From: Limisphaerales bacterium
GTDB lineage: Bacteria; Verrucomicrobiota; Verrucomicrobiia; Limisphaerales; SIBE01
Assembly: GCA_044225505.1 (NCBI GenBank)
Contig: JBGAIN010000007.1
Location: forward strand, 1-64,000
Length of the DNA stretch: 64,000 bases
Direction: 5' to 3'
A program made the translations under genes and the position numbers. The notes beneath the pieces were generated by a model, which ran no database searches, was not told where the DNA came from, and was given only the letters and a program-made list of their open reading frames with translations. Below, piece by piece: positions 53,121 through 63,605 of the stretch. Every line of letters begins with the position of its first letter. Position 1 is the first letter of the stretch.

Positions 53121-53807
53121 TCATCTTGGCACTGACTCCAATCGAATGATGAAATTCGTGATGGGTTTTTCCAGCGTGTCGAGAAATCGCGCGCAAAAGT
53201 CGGTGGCGCCTCCACCGTTGATGATAGCACAGCGCACAACATTAGGCCCTTTTTTTAGGGTCAAGCGTTTGGAAACGCCATCATCAATGACGGTCTGTCG
53301 ATCGCCGTAGATTCCGATCACTTCCTGCCCGTTAACCCACCAAACGGATGCCGCATTGGAGCCGATGGCAAGGCGAACTCCAGGCATTTCTTCCGGGCAG
53401 TGAACCACGGTCACCGCCCAAAACAGGACAAAGGACGTTGGCTTTCCAAAGGCGTGGGCAAAGTGATAGAGATTGAAATTGAACTCCTTCGTGTCGAAGG
53501 CGTGCCAGTTGAGATTAGTGCCTCCGACAGTCACGATGTCGCCGTCCCGAGGCATGGTGATGAATTGGTCAGGAAAGTAGTCCGCTTTTACCATTGCCTG
53601 CACGGCACTGTCGGTAAGCCCATTCGCACGGATCGGCTCAAGGACGATCCAGCGCTGAATGAACCCGTCGGCACTCGGAGCCTTTTCTGTGGATTCCAGA
53701 CGCGCGAGGGAGGGCGCCGAGGGAGGAACGACGTTTTCTGCGGCCGACGTCAGAAGTGCTGCGCCAGCGAGAATGCCAAGCAACGCAAAACGATTACGCA
53801 TGAGCAT
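53121..53807 (-). CDS. Secreted hypothetical protein typical of hemicellulose loci
   Basis: Signal peptide MLMRNRFALLG; DGFIQRW..LEP, GSNAASVWW, INGGGATDFC. The ORF-track start at 54257 overlaps the upstream gene. Confidence 0.7.
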   Translation of the reverse strand: MLMRNRFALLGILAGAALLTSAAENVVPPSAPSLARLESTEKAPSADGFIQRWIVLEPIRANGLTDSAVQAMVKADYFPDQFITMPRDGDIVTVGGTNLNWHAFDTKEFNFNLYHFAHAFGKPTSFVLFWAVTVVHCPEEMPGVRLAIGSNAASVWWVNGQEVIGIYGDRQTVIDDGVSKRLTLKKGPNVVRCAIINGGGATDFCARFLDTLEKPITNFIIRLESVPR

Positions 53808-53923
53808 CAAAAAGAGGTTCCTTTTGCAGACTTTCGAAACGGCGCCCAGTGCACCGTTGGCGTGCGGCGAAAATAAGTGAGTTATTCTGCGCCTGCGCAC
53901 CGGAGATTTTCGATCTTCGCAGT

Positions 53924-55453
53924 TCAAGGTGCTTTCAAATTCCAGCGTTGTTTGTCGCTCTCGGGATCGAACCTGGCGAGGGTTGCGAAACTGCTGCCGA
54001 TCGCCGAAAGAACCAAGGGGTCTTTCGAGTTTGGAACCGATTTTGGCATGACACGCCAGGCGCCGTCGGGGAGTTGGTCCAAACGCCAGAGCTGCTCGGG
54101 CTCGCCCGTAAAGGCAGCAAGCGCGACCAGTTCGCCGTCCGCTGTCGCTGCCAAGGTGCGATCCGTGCCAGCAACGGTGATCTTGAAGTAGGGCGATCCG
54201 AAATACCCACCGGAATTGGTGACGGCCGTGAAAGCCCACTTTTGTTGGGCCTGGCACAAAAAATTTCCCATGCGCACTCCAACCTCGCCGGCAGGCCAGT
54301 TCGTCCAGACCTGCGCCACCGGTTGGTCGGGAATGACGCCACCTTGGCCACTAAACAGTCCTGGCAACGGACCGCCACCTTGCCCGGAGCCAAGAGCTCC
54401 TTGGCCGCCACTGCCACTGCTCGGGCCTGCTCCATTCGGGCCCATACCTCGGCGACTACGCCGCCCTCCAACAGGGACTCCTTCCACGGCCAACTCCAAC
54501 GCCGTGCCCGTGCGGGCGGACTCGATTTGATAGATCCCTTCTTTGAAGTTATCACCCGCGACGGGCCAACCGCCTTTCCAAAGCAAAGGACGGATGTCGA
54601 GCACACTGGCGCCCCCGCGGTCCAAGTCCGCTTCATAATGGCAAGAGAACTTCTGCACGCCGTCGCCCAGGTCGATTAGTCCAAAATGACCGGGACCAAT
54701 CACGCGACCGCTCGACGTCAAGAAGAGCTTGCCGCCGCCCATGAGCATGGACATGCCAGTATGGTCGAGGTACGGGCCGGTCACTTGGCTGGAACGGCCG
54801 ACCCGAATGTTGTAGCCCGAGTCGGCGCCTCGGCAACAACTTCCATGCGTCGCTAGCAGGTAGTACCAACCGTCGTGATAAATAAGGATCGATGCCTCGC
54901 AGTTGATCGCAATATTCACAGGCGCGACCTCGGGCTGGGCACGCTTACCCGTCCTGGGTTCGAGCTCAACCAGCCGGATGTAGCCGACGTACGATCCGTA
55001 ACTGAGCCAGAGTCGCCCGTCGGTGGGATCCAGAAGAAGGCCCGGATCGATGGCGTTACAATCCTCGATGCCGTCAGACGAAGCCACCACTCCGCTCTCC
55101 TCCCACTTGTACTCCGGGGCATTCGGGTCGAGCGTCTTGCTCCAAATCAGGTTGATGTCAGCCCTGGGCTGCGCCCCGACGTTTCGCGCCACATACATAT
55201 AATAGCGGTCACCAATCTGGATGACGTCGGGAGCCATGCCGTTCCGCGAAGGTTTGACCCCGCGCATCCATGTCCAACCGTCCTCGGAAACTAATGCGGT
55301 CCCGCCGGTGCCAAACGTGTAATACTTGCCATCGCACCGCACCACCGTGGATGGATCGTGAATTTGAACCTGGCCCTCCAGGGCTGAAACCTGCCAGAGC
55401 TGTGAAAGGATCGCGCCGCCCAGAAGGCAGCATGTCACGCGAAGGTTCTTCAT
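53924..55453 (-). CDS. GH43 endo-arabinanase-like protein with ricin-like C-terminal domain
   Basis: IHDPST, MAPDV, NAIDPG, CEAS, GPGHFG; QKW/QLW/QRW repeats. Confidence 0.85.
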   Translation of the reverse strand: MKNLRVTCCLLGGAILSQLWQVSALEGQVQIHDPSTVVRCDGKYYTFGTGGTALVSEDGWTWMRGVKPSRNGMAPDVIQIGDRYYMYVARNVGAQPRADINLIWSKTLDPNAPEYKWEESGVVASSDGIEDCNAIDPGLLLDPTDGRLWLSYGSYVGYIRLVELEPRTGKRAQPEVAPVNIAINCEASILIYHDGWYYLLATHGSCCRGADSGYNIRVGRSSQVTGPYLDHTGMSMLMGGGKLFLTSSGRVIGPGHFGLIDLGDGVQKFSCHYEADLDRGGASVLDIRPLLWKGGWPVAGDNFKEGIYQIESARTGTALELAVEGVPVGGRRSRRGMGPNGAGPSSGSGGQGALGSGQGGGPLPGLFSGQGGVIPDQPVAQVWTNWPAGEVGVRMGNFLCQAQQKWAFTAVTNSGGYFGSPYFKITVAGTDRTLAATADGELVALAAFTGEPEQLWRLDQLPDGAWRVMPKSVPNSKDPLVLSAIGSSFATLARFDPESDKQRWNLKAP

Positions 55454-55469
55454 GCCGAGAGTCACCAAA

Positions 55470-56717
55470 TCACTTAAAGATGCGTTGACTGAACAGCCAT
55501 AGGTTGTTTTTCCAATGGGTTGCGTCGTGGCCGTTCCCGTCCACATGCCACACGTGTGGCACTGCCTTCTCCTTGAGGTAGGTATGAACCCCTTGGCTGA
55601 TACGGATGAGTCCATCTTTGTTGCCGCAGGACACCCACAATAGTTTCAGTTGTTTCGATGCCGCCGCGGGATCCAAGACGAGCTGCTCGGGCGGCTTTGT
55701 GTTCGGCGCGGAGGAAAAGCCTCCCACCCAGGCAAACGTGTCAAGGTGAGCCAAACCGAAGTTGAGCGACTGGCCGCCCCCCATGGACAACCCAGCCAGA
55801 GCACGATGCTCACGATCGGTGTGGACGGCGAAGCGTGCCTCAATCGCCGGAATCACATCGTCCAGGAGATCGCGCTCAAAGGTGGCAAACGCCGGGGCAG
55901 AACGAAAGACGTCCCCTTCAGCACGATCGTTCTTTTGCGCCCGGCCATTAGGCATAACAATGATCATCGGCACCGCCTTTCCGCTGGCGATCAGGTTATC
56001 GAGCAGGACGTCCGGTTGCGCAAAACGCTGCCATTCGGTTTCGTCGCCACCAATGCCGTGCAACAGGTAGAGCACCGGGTATTTCTTATCCCTGCCATAG
56101 TTGGGCGGCGTATAAACTTGCATCTTGCGTTTTGTTCCCACCGTCTTCGAGTCGTACTCGATCATCTCCAACCTGCCGTGCGGAATGCCGTCCCGTTTGC
56201 TCGCGATGTCCGCAGGCGGATCGTCAAACGCTGGTTTGTCATCCGGCCCAAGCACGATCGGACCACCAAAGCCGCGCGGTCCCGGCCGCGGCCTTTCACC
56301 GGCGGCGGCGTTCGTCGCATTGGCGGTCGCCGCGGCAGACTCGACCCGCTTGGTCACGAACTCGTGGGTCGCGAAGTCTCCCACTTTGCGGGTGAACTTG
56401 ATTTCGTTGGCCTCAACTTTGCCGGTGTAGTCGATCTGCACCTCGTTGTTTTGAAGGGTCCGCATCTCCACAAATTTGAGAATGTCACCGTCGAGTTTGG
56501 CCTCTTTGAACGTGACTTCCCGGGTCTGCCCTTGGGCCTGGGCGGTGGCTTTGGCCGCCACCTTCCCTTCGCTCACTTGAAAAGTGAAGAGGTACGTTTG
56601 CCGGCCAATGGGCGAGTCGAATTCTCCGCGCCATTGACCCGCTATGTCCGCCGCGCGGGCGGTTGAGGCCAAAAGCGCGATTACACCGCACATCAGTATC
56701 CATCCAGTCTTTTTCAT
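55470..56717 (-). CDS. CE1-like esterase with N-terminal beta domain
   Basis: YLLHGIGGDETEW, MPNGRA, AGLSMGGGQ, FSSAPN. Confidence 0.88.
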   Translation of the reverse strand: MKKTGWILMCGVIALLASTARAADIAGQWRGEFDSPIGRQTYLFTFQVSEGKVAAKATAQAQGQTREVTFKEAKLDGDILKFVEMRTLQNNEVQIDYTGKVEANEIKFTRKVGDFATHEFVTKRVESAAATANATNAAAGERPRPGPRGFGGPIVLGPDDKPAFDDPPADIASKRDGIPHGRLEMIEYDSKTVGTKRKMQVYTPPNYGRDKKYPVLYLLHGIGGDETEWQRFAQPDVLLDNLIASGKAVPMIIVMPNGRAQKNDRAEGDVFRSAPAFATFERDLLDDVIPAIEARFAVHTDREHRALAGLSMGGGQSLNFGLAHLDTFAWVGGFSSAPNTKPPEQLVLDPAAASKQLKLLWVSCGNKDGLIRISQGVHTYLKEKAVPHVWHVDGNGHDATHWKNNLWLFSQRIFK

Positions 56718-56738
56718 AGGGACTCCTCTTACTTCATA

Positions 56739-58370
56739 TCACGGGTTAGGTTTGCCCATCACATAGAGCTCCCGGACTTCCGCGTCGCTCAGAGCTCTGC
56801 TAAACAGCCCGAATTCATCAAGCGAACCGCTCAAATTGCGAATCAATGCCGGAGCCGTCTCGGAGCGGCTTTGGGCATGCCAATTTCCTAGCTCGGCCGG
56901 CCCGATCCGAAAAGGCGGATCCAATTTTAGCGACTGTCGGGAAACTGGGTCGCCGTTAAGATAGTGAACCACTTGCCTGTTCCTGCCATCCAGGACAACG
57001 GCCAGATGCAGCCATACACCTAAGTCCTCACGCCCAAGCACAGTTGGGCTGGCCAGGATCTGAAACTCTTGCGGCCCGGCTCCGAACACCGTCAGGCCCA
57101 AAACGCCATCATTTCGGATCAACCAGTGAAGCGTGCCCGCCTCAAATTCATCGCAGCTGAAGAGGGAGTTGAATCTCCGATCCAATCCCTTAACGCAGAC
57201 CCATGCCCAAAGGGTTAAGGATTCGAACTCTCCAGGCACCGCCAAGCGCACGCGATCATTGCCGTTCTGGAGTTCCAGCGCCTGCTTCTCGCGCCATCGC
57301 CCTTCGGCCCGGACGCAACCCACGATCGTGGCATCCTGCAAGGACCGATTTTTCTCCGTGGCATTGTGCAATGTCCAGTCTGTGCCGCTCAAATTCTCGA
57401 AATCCAAATGAACGACCAGGGAAGGGTCTTGATTCAGACGCGCATTGGCGAACTGCCATTGCTCATACCGAAAAGCCTCAGCAGCCAGCGATCGCTGCTG
57501 GAACTCAAACATCGAAGTGAAAGCCTCCTCGCTCGCGGCTGCCAAACGCGGCGGATTGGTTCCCTGCACGATTGCCGCCTCGCGCTCGCTCAACGACTGT
57601 TTTGCGCGGGACTTGGAGAGCAATTCCACCTGTCCTTTAAAAACGTGAACTTCAGTCCGGTCCGCGCTCGCGTTGATCCCAAACGAGGTGCCAAGATCCA
57701 CCACGTTGAGGCGATCCGTCCCGATTCGGAATCCTCGCGCCGGTTCAGGCACTTCCACCAGCAACCGTCCGGAAGGACAAATCGCTTCACTCGCGGAAAC
57801 AAGCTCCAATTCGGAAGGCCCCTCGATCACCACCCGCGCTCCACTGTAAAACACGACCTGTGCCAGCCCGGACTTGAGCCGAAGCCGCCCTGGCTTTAAC
57901 GCGCCGCCCACTCTTGGCTTGTTGCTGCTCTGGTCCCAACGAACATCTACAGTTCGAGTAAGCATCGCGACGGCGGTGGTGGTGGGGCCTTTTCCAGACC
58001 CAAACCACCTCCATCCCAAGCTCCAGATTCCGGCCGCGGCGAGGATGCAGCAAGCTGCCCACGCCAACGCGGGCAGACCCTTTCGCCGGCCCGTCGGCGA
58101 CGCAGAATCGGAAGCGACATTGTGCGGACGGTGCCACTCGAAACGGGTTGACCGAACAGGAATCGCCTCGCCCCCATCCACGGGCATAAAATGGTCCGGC
58201 TCAGATGCCAAGCGCGCGTGCAGCTCAGTCCGGAGCAAATACTCGTCGCGCGCGCTCCAATTGCTTTTTAACACCGCGTTCAAAGCGCGCATCTCCGCCT
58301 CCGTGGCCGAGCCGTGGCAGACTGCGGCCACCGCGTCGTCGAACTCTGGAGATGGGAAATTGAGCTTCAC
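56739..58370 (-). CDS. FecR-like anti-sigma factor with C-terminal LamG domain
   Basis: TM helix, LRLKSGLA, VVIEGPSE, VVDLGTSFG, EVHVFKG, LamG tail. GTG start overlaps the sigma-factor TGA. Confidence 0.85.
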   Translation of the reverse strand: MKLNFPSPEFDDAVAAVCHGSATEAEMRALNAVLKSNWSARDEYLLRTELHARLASEPDHFMPVDGGEAIPVRSTRFEWHRPHNVASDSASPTGRRKGLPALAWAACCILAAAGIWSLGWRWFGSGKGPTTTAVAMLTRTVDVRWDQSSNKPRVGGALKPGRLRLKSGLAQVVFYSGARVVIEGPSELELVSASEAICPSGRLLVEVPEPARGFRIGTDRLNVVDLGTSFGINASADRTEVHVFKGQVELLSKSRAKQSLSEREAAIVQGTNPPRLAAASEEAFTSMFEFQQRSLAAEAFRYEQWQFANARLNQDPSLVVHLDFENLSGTDWTLHNATEKNRSLQDATIVGCVRAEGRWREKQALELQNGNDRVRLAVPGEFESLTLWAWVCVKGLDRRFNSLFSCDEFEAGTLHWLIRNDGVLGLTVFGAGPQEFQILASPTVLGREDLGVWLHLAVVLDGRNRQVVHYLNGDPVSRQSLKLDPPFRIGPAELGNWHAQSRSETAPALIRNLSGSLDEFGLFSRALSDAEVRELYVMGKPNP

Positions 58371-58918
58371 GCGACCTCTGGATTGGCTTGCCTCTCCATG
58401 CAAATCTGGAGTGAGTGCCTGATCCGCTGCAGCATCTTGTAAGTTGCACCGGGAGTCCGACCAGTTTGCTCGGCCAGAACGTCAACATCAGTCCGATCGT
58501 AATAATAAGCCTGCACCAATGATCGCTGAACAGGAGGCAGCCTGCGGAGACAGCGGTCGAGGTGCTGTAATCTTCGTTCAAACTCCGGTTGCAGTTCCTG
58601 GCGGCGTTGCGCGAGTTCCTCGGCCAAGCCGTGTTCCAACAGGGCTTGCCAGCGTTGACGCCGTTCGATCCACTGACGAGCCTTGTTTAAGGCAAATCGA
58701 CAGGCCCACGGCGTGAACGGCTGGGAAGCGTCGTAAGCGTCGAACTTCTCCCATAGCGCCATGGCCGTCTGCTGCACAATATCCTCCGCCTCTGTCACGT
58801 TTGGGACCAGAGCCGCTACGTAACGGAAAATTTCCCGTTCACTGCGCAGAAAGAGCGACAAAAATCTTTGCTGCGCAGCGCCCGAGTCCTCGAAGGGACG
58901 CTTGGAATCCAGCGACAT
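58367..58918 (-). CDS. ECF sigma-70 factor
   Basis: AEDIVQQT..LWEKF, FTPWACRFA, YKMLQRIR; coupled to the anti-sigma. Confidence 0.9.
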   Translation of the reverse strand: MSLDSKRPFEDSGAAQQRFLSLFLRSEREIFRYVAALVPNVTEAEDIVQQTAMALWEKFDAYDASQPFTPWACRFALNKARQWIERRQRWQALLEHGLAEELAQRRQELQPEFERRLQHLDRCLRRLPPVQRSLVQAYYYDRTDVDVLAEQTGRTPGATYKMLQRIRHSLQICMERQANPEVA

Positions 58919-59035
58919 GAATGGATAGGCCGTGTTTACCAGTACTTCCGGCCATCGGCGAGTTTTGGACAATAAAATCTCCGTCCGCCGTTTTGCGCTG
59001 GCACCCGTCCGTTCCTGAAGTCAGCATAGGAATTC

Positions 59036-60454
59036 ATGAAGCCCTCCGTTGTTGAATCACGCATCACTCGACGGCACTTTTTGGCCATCACCAGCACCGC
59101 CCTCGTGGCGGCTCCTACCATCATTCCAGCCACGGCTCTGGGATTCGAAGGCCGACCTGCGCCCTCGGAACGGATCACTATGGGAGTGGTCGGCTGGGGT
59201 ATGCAAGGCCCAGGCAACACCGGCAACTTCCTGAAACAGCCGGATTGCCAGGTCGTAGCGAGTGCCAACATCGACAAAAACCACCTCGAGAGGTCGCTGC
59301 GCACCATTAACGACCATTACAAGAACCAGGATTGCAAGGGTTACCATGACTACCGGGAAATGATGGCCAGGACCGATATTGATACGGTCATGTTGGCCGT
59401 GCCAGACCATTGGCATGCGCTGATTGCGATCGAGGCGGCCCGCAACAAGAAAGACATCTACGGGGAGAAGCCCCTGGCGAAAACGATTGCGGAGCAACAG
59501 CAGATTGTTAAAGCGGTCCAGGAGAACAAAAGAATTTGGCAAACCGGCTCCTGGCAACGCTCCGAAAAGAACTTCCACTATGCGTCGGAAATCGTTCGCA
59601 ACGGCCTGATCGGACGAGTGATTCGGGTCGAAGTCGGACTTCCCAGCGGCCACACGGATTTTGCCGGCACCGGTAAGCCCCTGCTCAAGAAACTCTCGGA
59701 CCTCCCCGACAAGGTTGACAACCTGGCAAAGTTAGTGCCCGGAACCGAAGCTTGGAAGGCGGCCGTGAGCGAAGCTCCCGCCGAGATCGACTATAACTTC
59801 TGGATCGGCCCCAGCAAGATGGAGGAATACATCCAGGCCCGTGGTCATATGAACTGGCGCTGGAACTATAATACCGGCGGCGGCCAACTGCTCGACTGGA
59901 TCGGGCATCACGGTGACATCGCGCACTGGGGACTGGGTAGCGACGACACGATCGGACCGCTTTACGTAACCGGGGCGGGTGAGTTCCCAGCGGCGAACGC
60001 CTTGTGGAACACTTGCACGAAGTATCGGGTGGTCTGCGAGTATCCCAACGCCCTTACGGTCGTGATTGCTGGCGGTCACCCTGACATTCGTGGCGGCACA
60101 AAGTGGATCGGCACTGACGGCTGGGTCTGGTGTAACCGTGGCAATGCCTTCCAATCCTCGCACAAAGAATGGGAGGAGACTCGCACTCTGCCAGATGACG
60201 TCCGCAAAGTGCAGTTGCCCTTCACCCAAGGTGGCCACTATCGCAACTTCCTCGATAGCGTTAAATCGCGGCAACCGACCGTGGCGCCTGTGGAGGTCGC
60301 CCATCATTCAGCCATCCCGGGCCATCTCGGTCTCATCGCGATGCTAGTGGGCCGTCCAGTCCGATGGGATCCGGTCAAAGAGGCCATTTTAAATGACGAC
60401 GCAGCCAGCAAGTTGTTGAGCCGTCCCTACCGCGCGCCCTGGCAACCAGCTTGA
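59036..60454 (+). CDS. Gfo/Idh/MocA oxidoreductase, Tat-exported
   Basis: TRRHFL Tat motif, PDHWH, YGEKP, WQTGSWQRS, DWIGHHGD. Confidence 0.9.
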   Translation: MKPSVVESRITRRHFLAITSTALVAAPTIIPATALGFEGRPAPSERITMGVVGWGMQGPGNTGNFLKQPDCQVVASANIDKNHLERSLRTINDHYKNQDCKGYHDYREMMARTDIDTVMLAVPDHWHALIAIEAARNKKDIYGEKPLAKTIAEQQQIVKAVQENKRIWQTGSWQRSEKNFHYASEIVRNGLIGRVIRVEVGLPSGHTDFAGTGKPLLKKLSDLPDKVDNLAKLVPGTEAWKAAVSEAPAEIDYNFWIGPSKMEEYIQARGHMNWRWNYNTGGGQLLDWIGHHGDIAHWGLGSDDTIGPLYVTGAGEFPAANALWNTCTKYRVVCEYPNALTVVIAGGHPDIRGGTKWIGTDGWVWCNRGNAFQSSHKEWEETRTLPDDVRKVQLPFTQGGHYRNFLDSVKSRQPTVAPVEVAHHSAIPGHLGLIAMLVGRPVRWDPVKEAILNDDAASKLLSRPYRAPWQPA

Positions 60455-60562
60455 TCCGCTCTCCATGTTCGACCATGTCGATCCGTTCGGACTGGAGTTG
60501 TGCCTCCAGGTTGTCGGCCCGAGGCGACACATATGAGATCCCGCTGATTCGGAGGTTGGCCA

Positions 60563-61609
60563 ATGAAGATCACAACCTTGGTGTATCTCCTTGCCGCCTC
60601 CGCGCTTCTGGCAGTGGGATCGTCTGCCGCAACGTTGCCTCGTTCACAAATTCGCATCCGTGATCCTTTCGTGCTGCCTGATCCGGAATCAAAGACCTAT
60701 TATATCTATAGTTCCACGGATTGGGGAGGCGAGGCCGATAAACCATCCAAAGCGGTGGTTGTCTATCGAAGCAAGGATCTCGAGAACTGGGAGACGCCGA
60801 CACCAGTCTTTCGACTCCCTTTGGATCACTGGGGGCGCGAATCGATTTGGGCCCCAGAAGTGCATCGCTACCAAGGAAAATACTACCTGTTTGTAACTCT
60901 CACCTCCAAGGAACTGTTACCCACCCCACCCGGCCGTCCCCAAAATCGCAAGCGCGGCACGGAAATCCTCGTTGCAGAGCACCCCGAGGGTCCTTTTCGG
61001 TCGTTCGCTAATCGCCCACACACTCCTCTAAGTTGGATGTCGTTGGATGGGACCCTGTGGATCGAAGACGGCATACCGTTTATGATCTTCTGCCACGAAT
61101 GGATTCAGATCACGGACGGCAGCATGGAACTGGTCCGATTGAAAGACGATCTCTCCGCGACCGTAGGTGAACCTCGAACCCTCTTCCACGCGACGGAGGC
61201 GCCTTGGACGCGATGCCGCGGGGATCTGGGGGAACTTTTTGAGGGTAACCGTTACCACGCCTCCATCACGGATGGTCCCTGGCTCCATCGGACGAAAACC
61301 GGCCAACTGATCATGCTATGGTCGAGTTACGGACCGACCAAATACGCCACAGGACTCGCGACTTCGAAGAGCGGCAAACTCGTTGGACCGTGGGAACAGC
61401 AGGAACAGGCACTGTGGCTCGAAGACGGTGGACATCCGATGCTGTTCACGACGTTTGATGGCCGTCTCGTGATGACCCTGCATCAACCGAACCGTCTCAT
61501 GGAGCGAGCCCGCTTCTTCGAAATGGATGATACCGGGGACGCGATCCGAATCCGTCGCGAGATTACGAACCTCGATATTTCGGCGGGCGAGAAACTCGAA
61601 CGACGGTGA
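60563..61609 (+). CDS. GH43 glycoside hydrolase
   Basis: IRIRDPFV, IWAPEVH, LDGTLW, FCHEW, TDGP, DGGH; signal peptide. Confidence 0.88.
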   Translation: MKITTLVYLLAASALLAVGSSAATLPRSQIRIRDPFVLPDPESKTYYIYSSTDWGGEADKPSKAVVVYRSKDLENWETPTPVFRLPLDHWGRESIWAPEVHRYQGKYYLFVTLTSKELLPTPPGRPQNRKRGTEILVAEHPEGPFRSFANRPHTPLSWMSLDGTLWIEDGIPFMIFCHEWIQITDGSMELVRLKDDLSATVGEPRTLFHATEAPWTRCRGDLGELFEGNRYHASITDGPWLHRTKTGQLIMLWSSYGPTKYATGLATSKSGKLVGPWEQQEQALWLEDGGHPMLFTTFDGRLVMTLHQPNRLMERARFFEMDDTGDAIRIRREITNLDISAGEKLERR

Positions 61610-62334
61610 ACACATACGTTCCATTAATCGATTCTGTGTCGCCGGCTATTGCCGGAACGATTCTGCTCAAAGCCTCGTGAGCAGCCCGACGAACGCCTGT
61701 TGGGTCAGGATATTCGAATTCGCCCATTCGATCGTTCCGCTCGGCACGATCAATATCTTTTAATGGGACGGGGCGTCACTGGAGTACCAAAATCGATCGA
61801 TACACTCAGCGAGCGGTGGACACGTTGCGTAGAAGGACACGGCCGAGGCGAACTGCAACTGAGATATCGCAGGTGAACTGATCCATCCAGAGCGGAGTGC
61901 CGGTGGCATGCCGATTTACTCTATCCCCCTGGACGATACCCGGCCGCCACTCTTATCGGAAGGCATTGACCGCCACCGCAACGGCCGCGCCAAAGCAGAC
62001 CAACGCAACAATCCAAGCTCCGAAACCCGCACCGCGGGAATGGAGTGGACACGACTTTGCTTTGCGCTGTTTCCAGAGGGTCGATGCGCCAATCAAAGCA
62101 AACGCGACCGCCGAAATGAGGAGACCAGCACGAATGTCCACTAGATCTGTGGTCCGCTAGTTCTGTAGCGGCTCCAGGTCATTGCGCGCGAGCGCCCGGA
62201 ACACCCGGTGGCTTCGCACCTGCCCAACCGCATCGGGTTTCCGTATCATGTGTGCATCGCAGATGCCGACCTCAGCGAGTTCGGCTTTGGAGAGCCGATC
62301 TGCAATTGGGGTCGAGCCGGCCGGCCTCTGGCGA

Positions 62335-63087
62335 TCAAGATTTTCGGGCCGCCCAGTTGACGGCATTAGCCATGATCTTTTGCACGGGTTCGAGGTAGAA
62401 GTCTTTATAAGTTTCGTGGCCGGGAACAAAGTAGAACATTCGTCCTTTGCCCAGACTCCAGCACAAGCCCAACCGCGTCGGTTCTTCCTTCCCGTCGGGA
62501 TACACGTAGATGCCGTTCAATGGGACGGACTCGGGCGTCGGGACTTGGTACGGTTCGCTGTAGCGTTCGATGGCGGGAAGGGTGAATTCCTTAACGCCTT
62601 TGACGATGGGATGAGTCGGGTCCTTGATGACGACCTTACATTTGCATCCATCATTCTCATAGGCAGCCCAACTGCAGGGAGTACCAAGAAGGCGTTTCGT
62701 GGCCTTGGCAAAATGGGCGGAGTGAACGCCAATGTAACCCATGCCGCCTTCTTTGACGCGCTGCACAATCCGGGCGACATGCTCATCTTTGACATCGTTA
62801 TGCTTCTTGTGGCCCCACCAAATCAGAACATCACATTCATCCAGAGAGGTCTGGCTGCAGCCTTGTTCGGGATCGCTCAAGGTGGCGACATCGATTGTCC
62901 ATGCCGGAAGATTTTTGCGCAAGCCGTCGGCGATGGCGCTATTGATATCGTTGGGGTAGGCCTTGTCTTCCTGGGCGGTGCCTTCGGACCAGACCACCAC
63001 TCGCGGAGAGGCGGCTCGTGCCCGAGTCACGAGCAAAGAGCTGGCCGCAGCCATGGCAGTAACGCCGACAAAGGAACGACGATTCAT
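62335..63087 (-). CDS. ThuA-domain (GATase1-like) protein with Tat-like leader
   Basis: MNRRSFV, DVLIWWGH, VHSAHF, FVPGHETY. Confidence 0.85.
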   Translation of the reverse strand: MNRRSFVGVTAMAAASSLLVTRARAASPRVVVWSEGTAQEDKAYPNDINSAIADGLRKNLPAWTIDVATLSDPEQGCSQTSLDECDVLIWWGHKKHNDVKDEHVARIVQRVKEGGMGYIGVHSAHFAKATKRLLGTPCSWAAYENDGCKCKVVIKDPTHPIVKGVKEFTLPAIERYSEPYQVPTPESVPLNGIYVYPDGKEEPTRLGLCWSLGKGRMFYFVPGHETYKDFYLEPVQKIMANAVNWAARKS

Positions 63088-63605
63088 CACGGAACAAGGA
63101 CGATTCGTCCGGAGATCTAAAAGTGGGATACGCATTCTGGGAATAATGAATGCAGTCGCCGCTCAGGGCAAGAGCGATTCGGCCTGCACTTCATCGTTAA
63201 CAAAGAGCCGCTCTCTTCAAACCAGCGGCATCCCTTGGCGAGTGCGATTCGGCCTGGAGCCGTCTCCCTGGTTCATCGGGCGGTCCTTAAGAGTGACAGC
63301 GCTTGGCAGACTGGGTTGACGAACCCTTTTAGTGGCCGGCCAAATCGCGGCATCATGAACCCTCGCCATAAACAAGCTCGGGCCAATATGCCTGGCAGCA
63401 CCGGGTTTTCCATTGGCCGCAGCTGCCAGAGCTCCACTGCGGGCCAGCGCGATTTCCTGGCACACCGTGTTCCTGCGCTTGGTGTCGTCCCGAGAGTCTA
63501 GTACGAACAACGGACTGGCGACTCGATGATGGGAACAGTTCATAGCCTCTTCGCCGCCCTCCAGTCGCCAGCCGCCCTCCGCTCGCCAAGGGATATGCGG
63601 AAACT

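Noticed and set aside
53808..54257. N-terminal extension of ORF 53121..54257 (similarly the starts at 55615, 53242, 14535, 1670)
   Set aside because: These overlap upstream genes; downstream starts with signal peptides or stop/start coupling fit better.
55650..56666. Long antisense ORFs (also 33424..34227, 48319..49131, 62182..63120)
   Set aside because: Shadow frames of well-supported genes in GC-rich DNA.
61610..62330. Short ORFs between the GH43 and ThuA genes
   Set aside because: No recognisable family; the 62-aa hydrophobic ORF is possible but unsupported.
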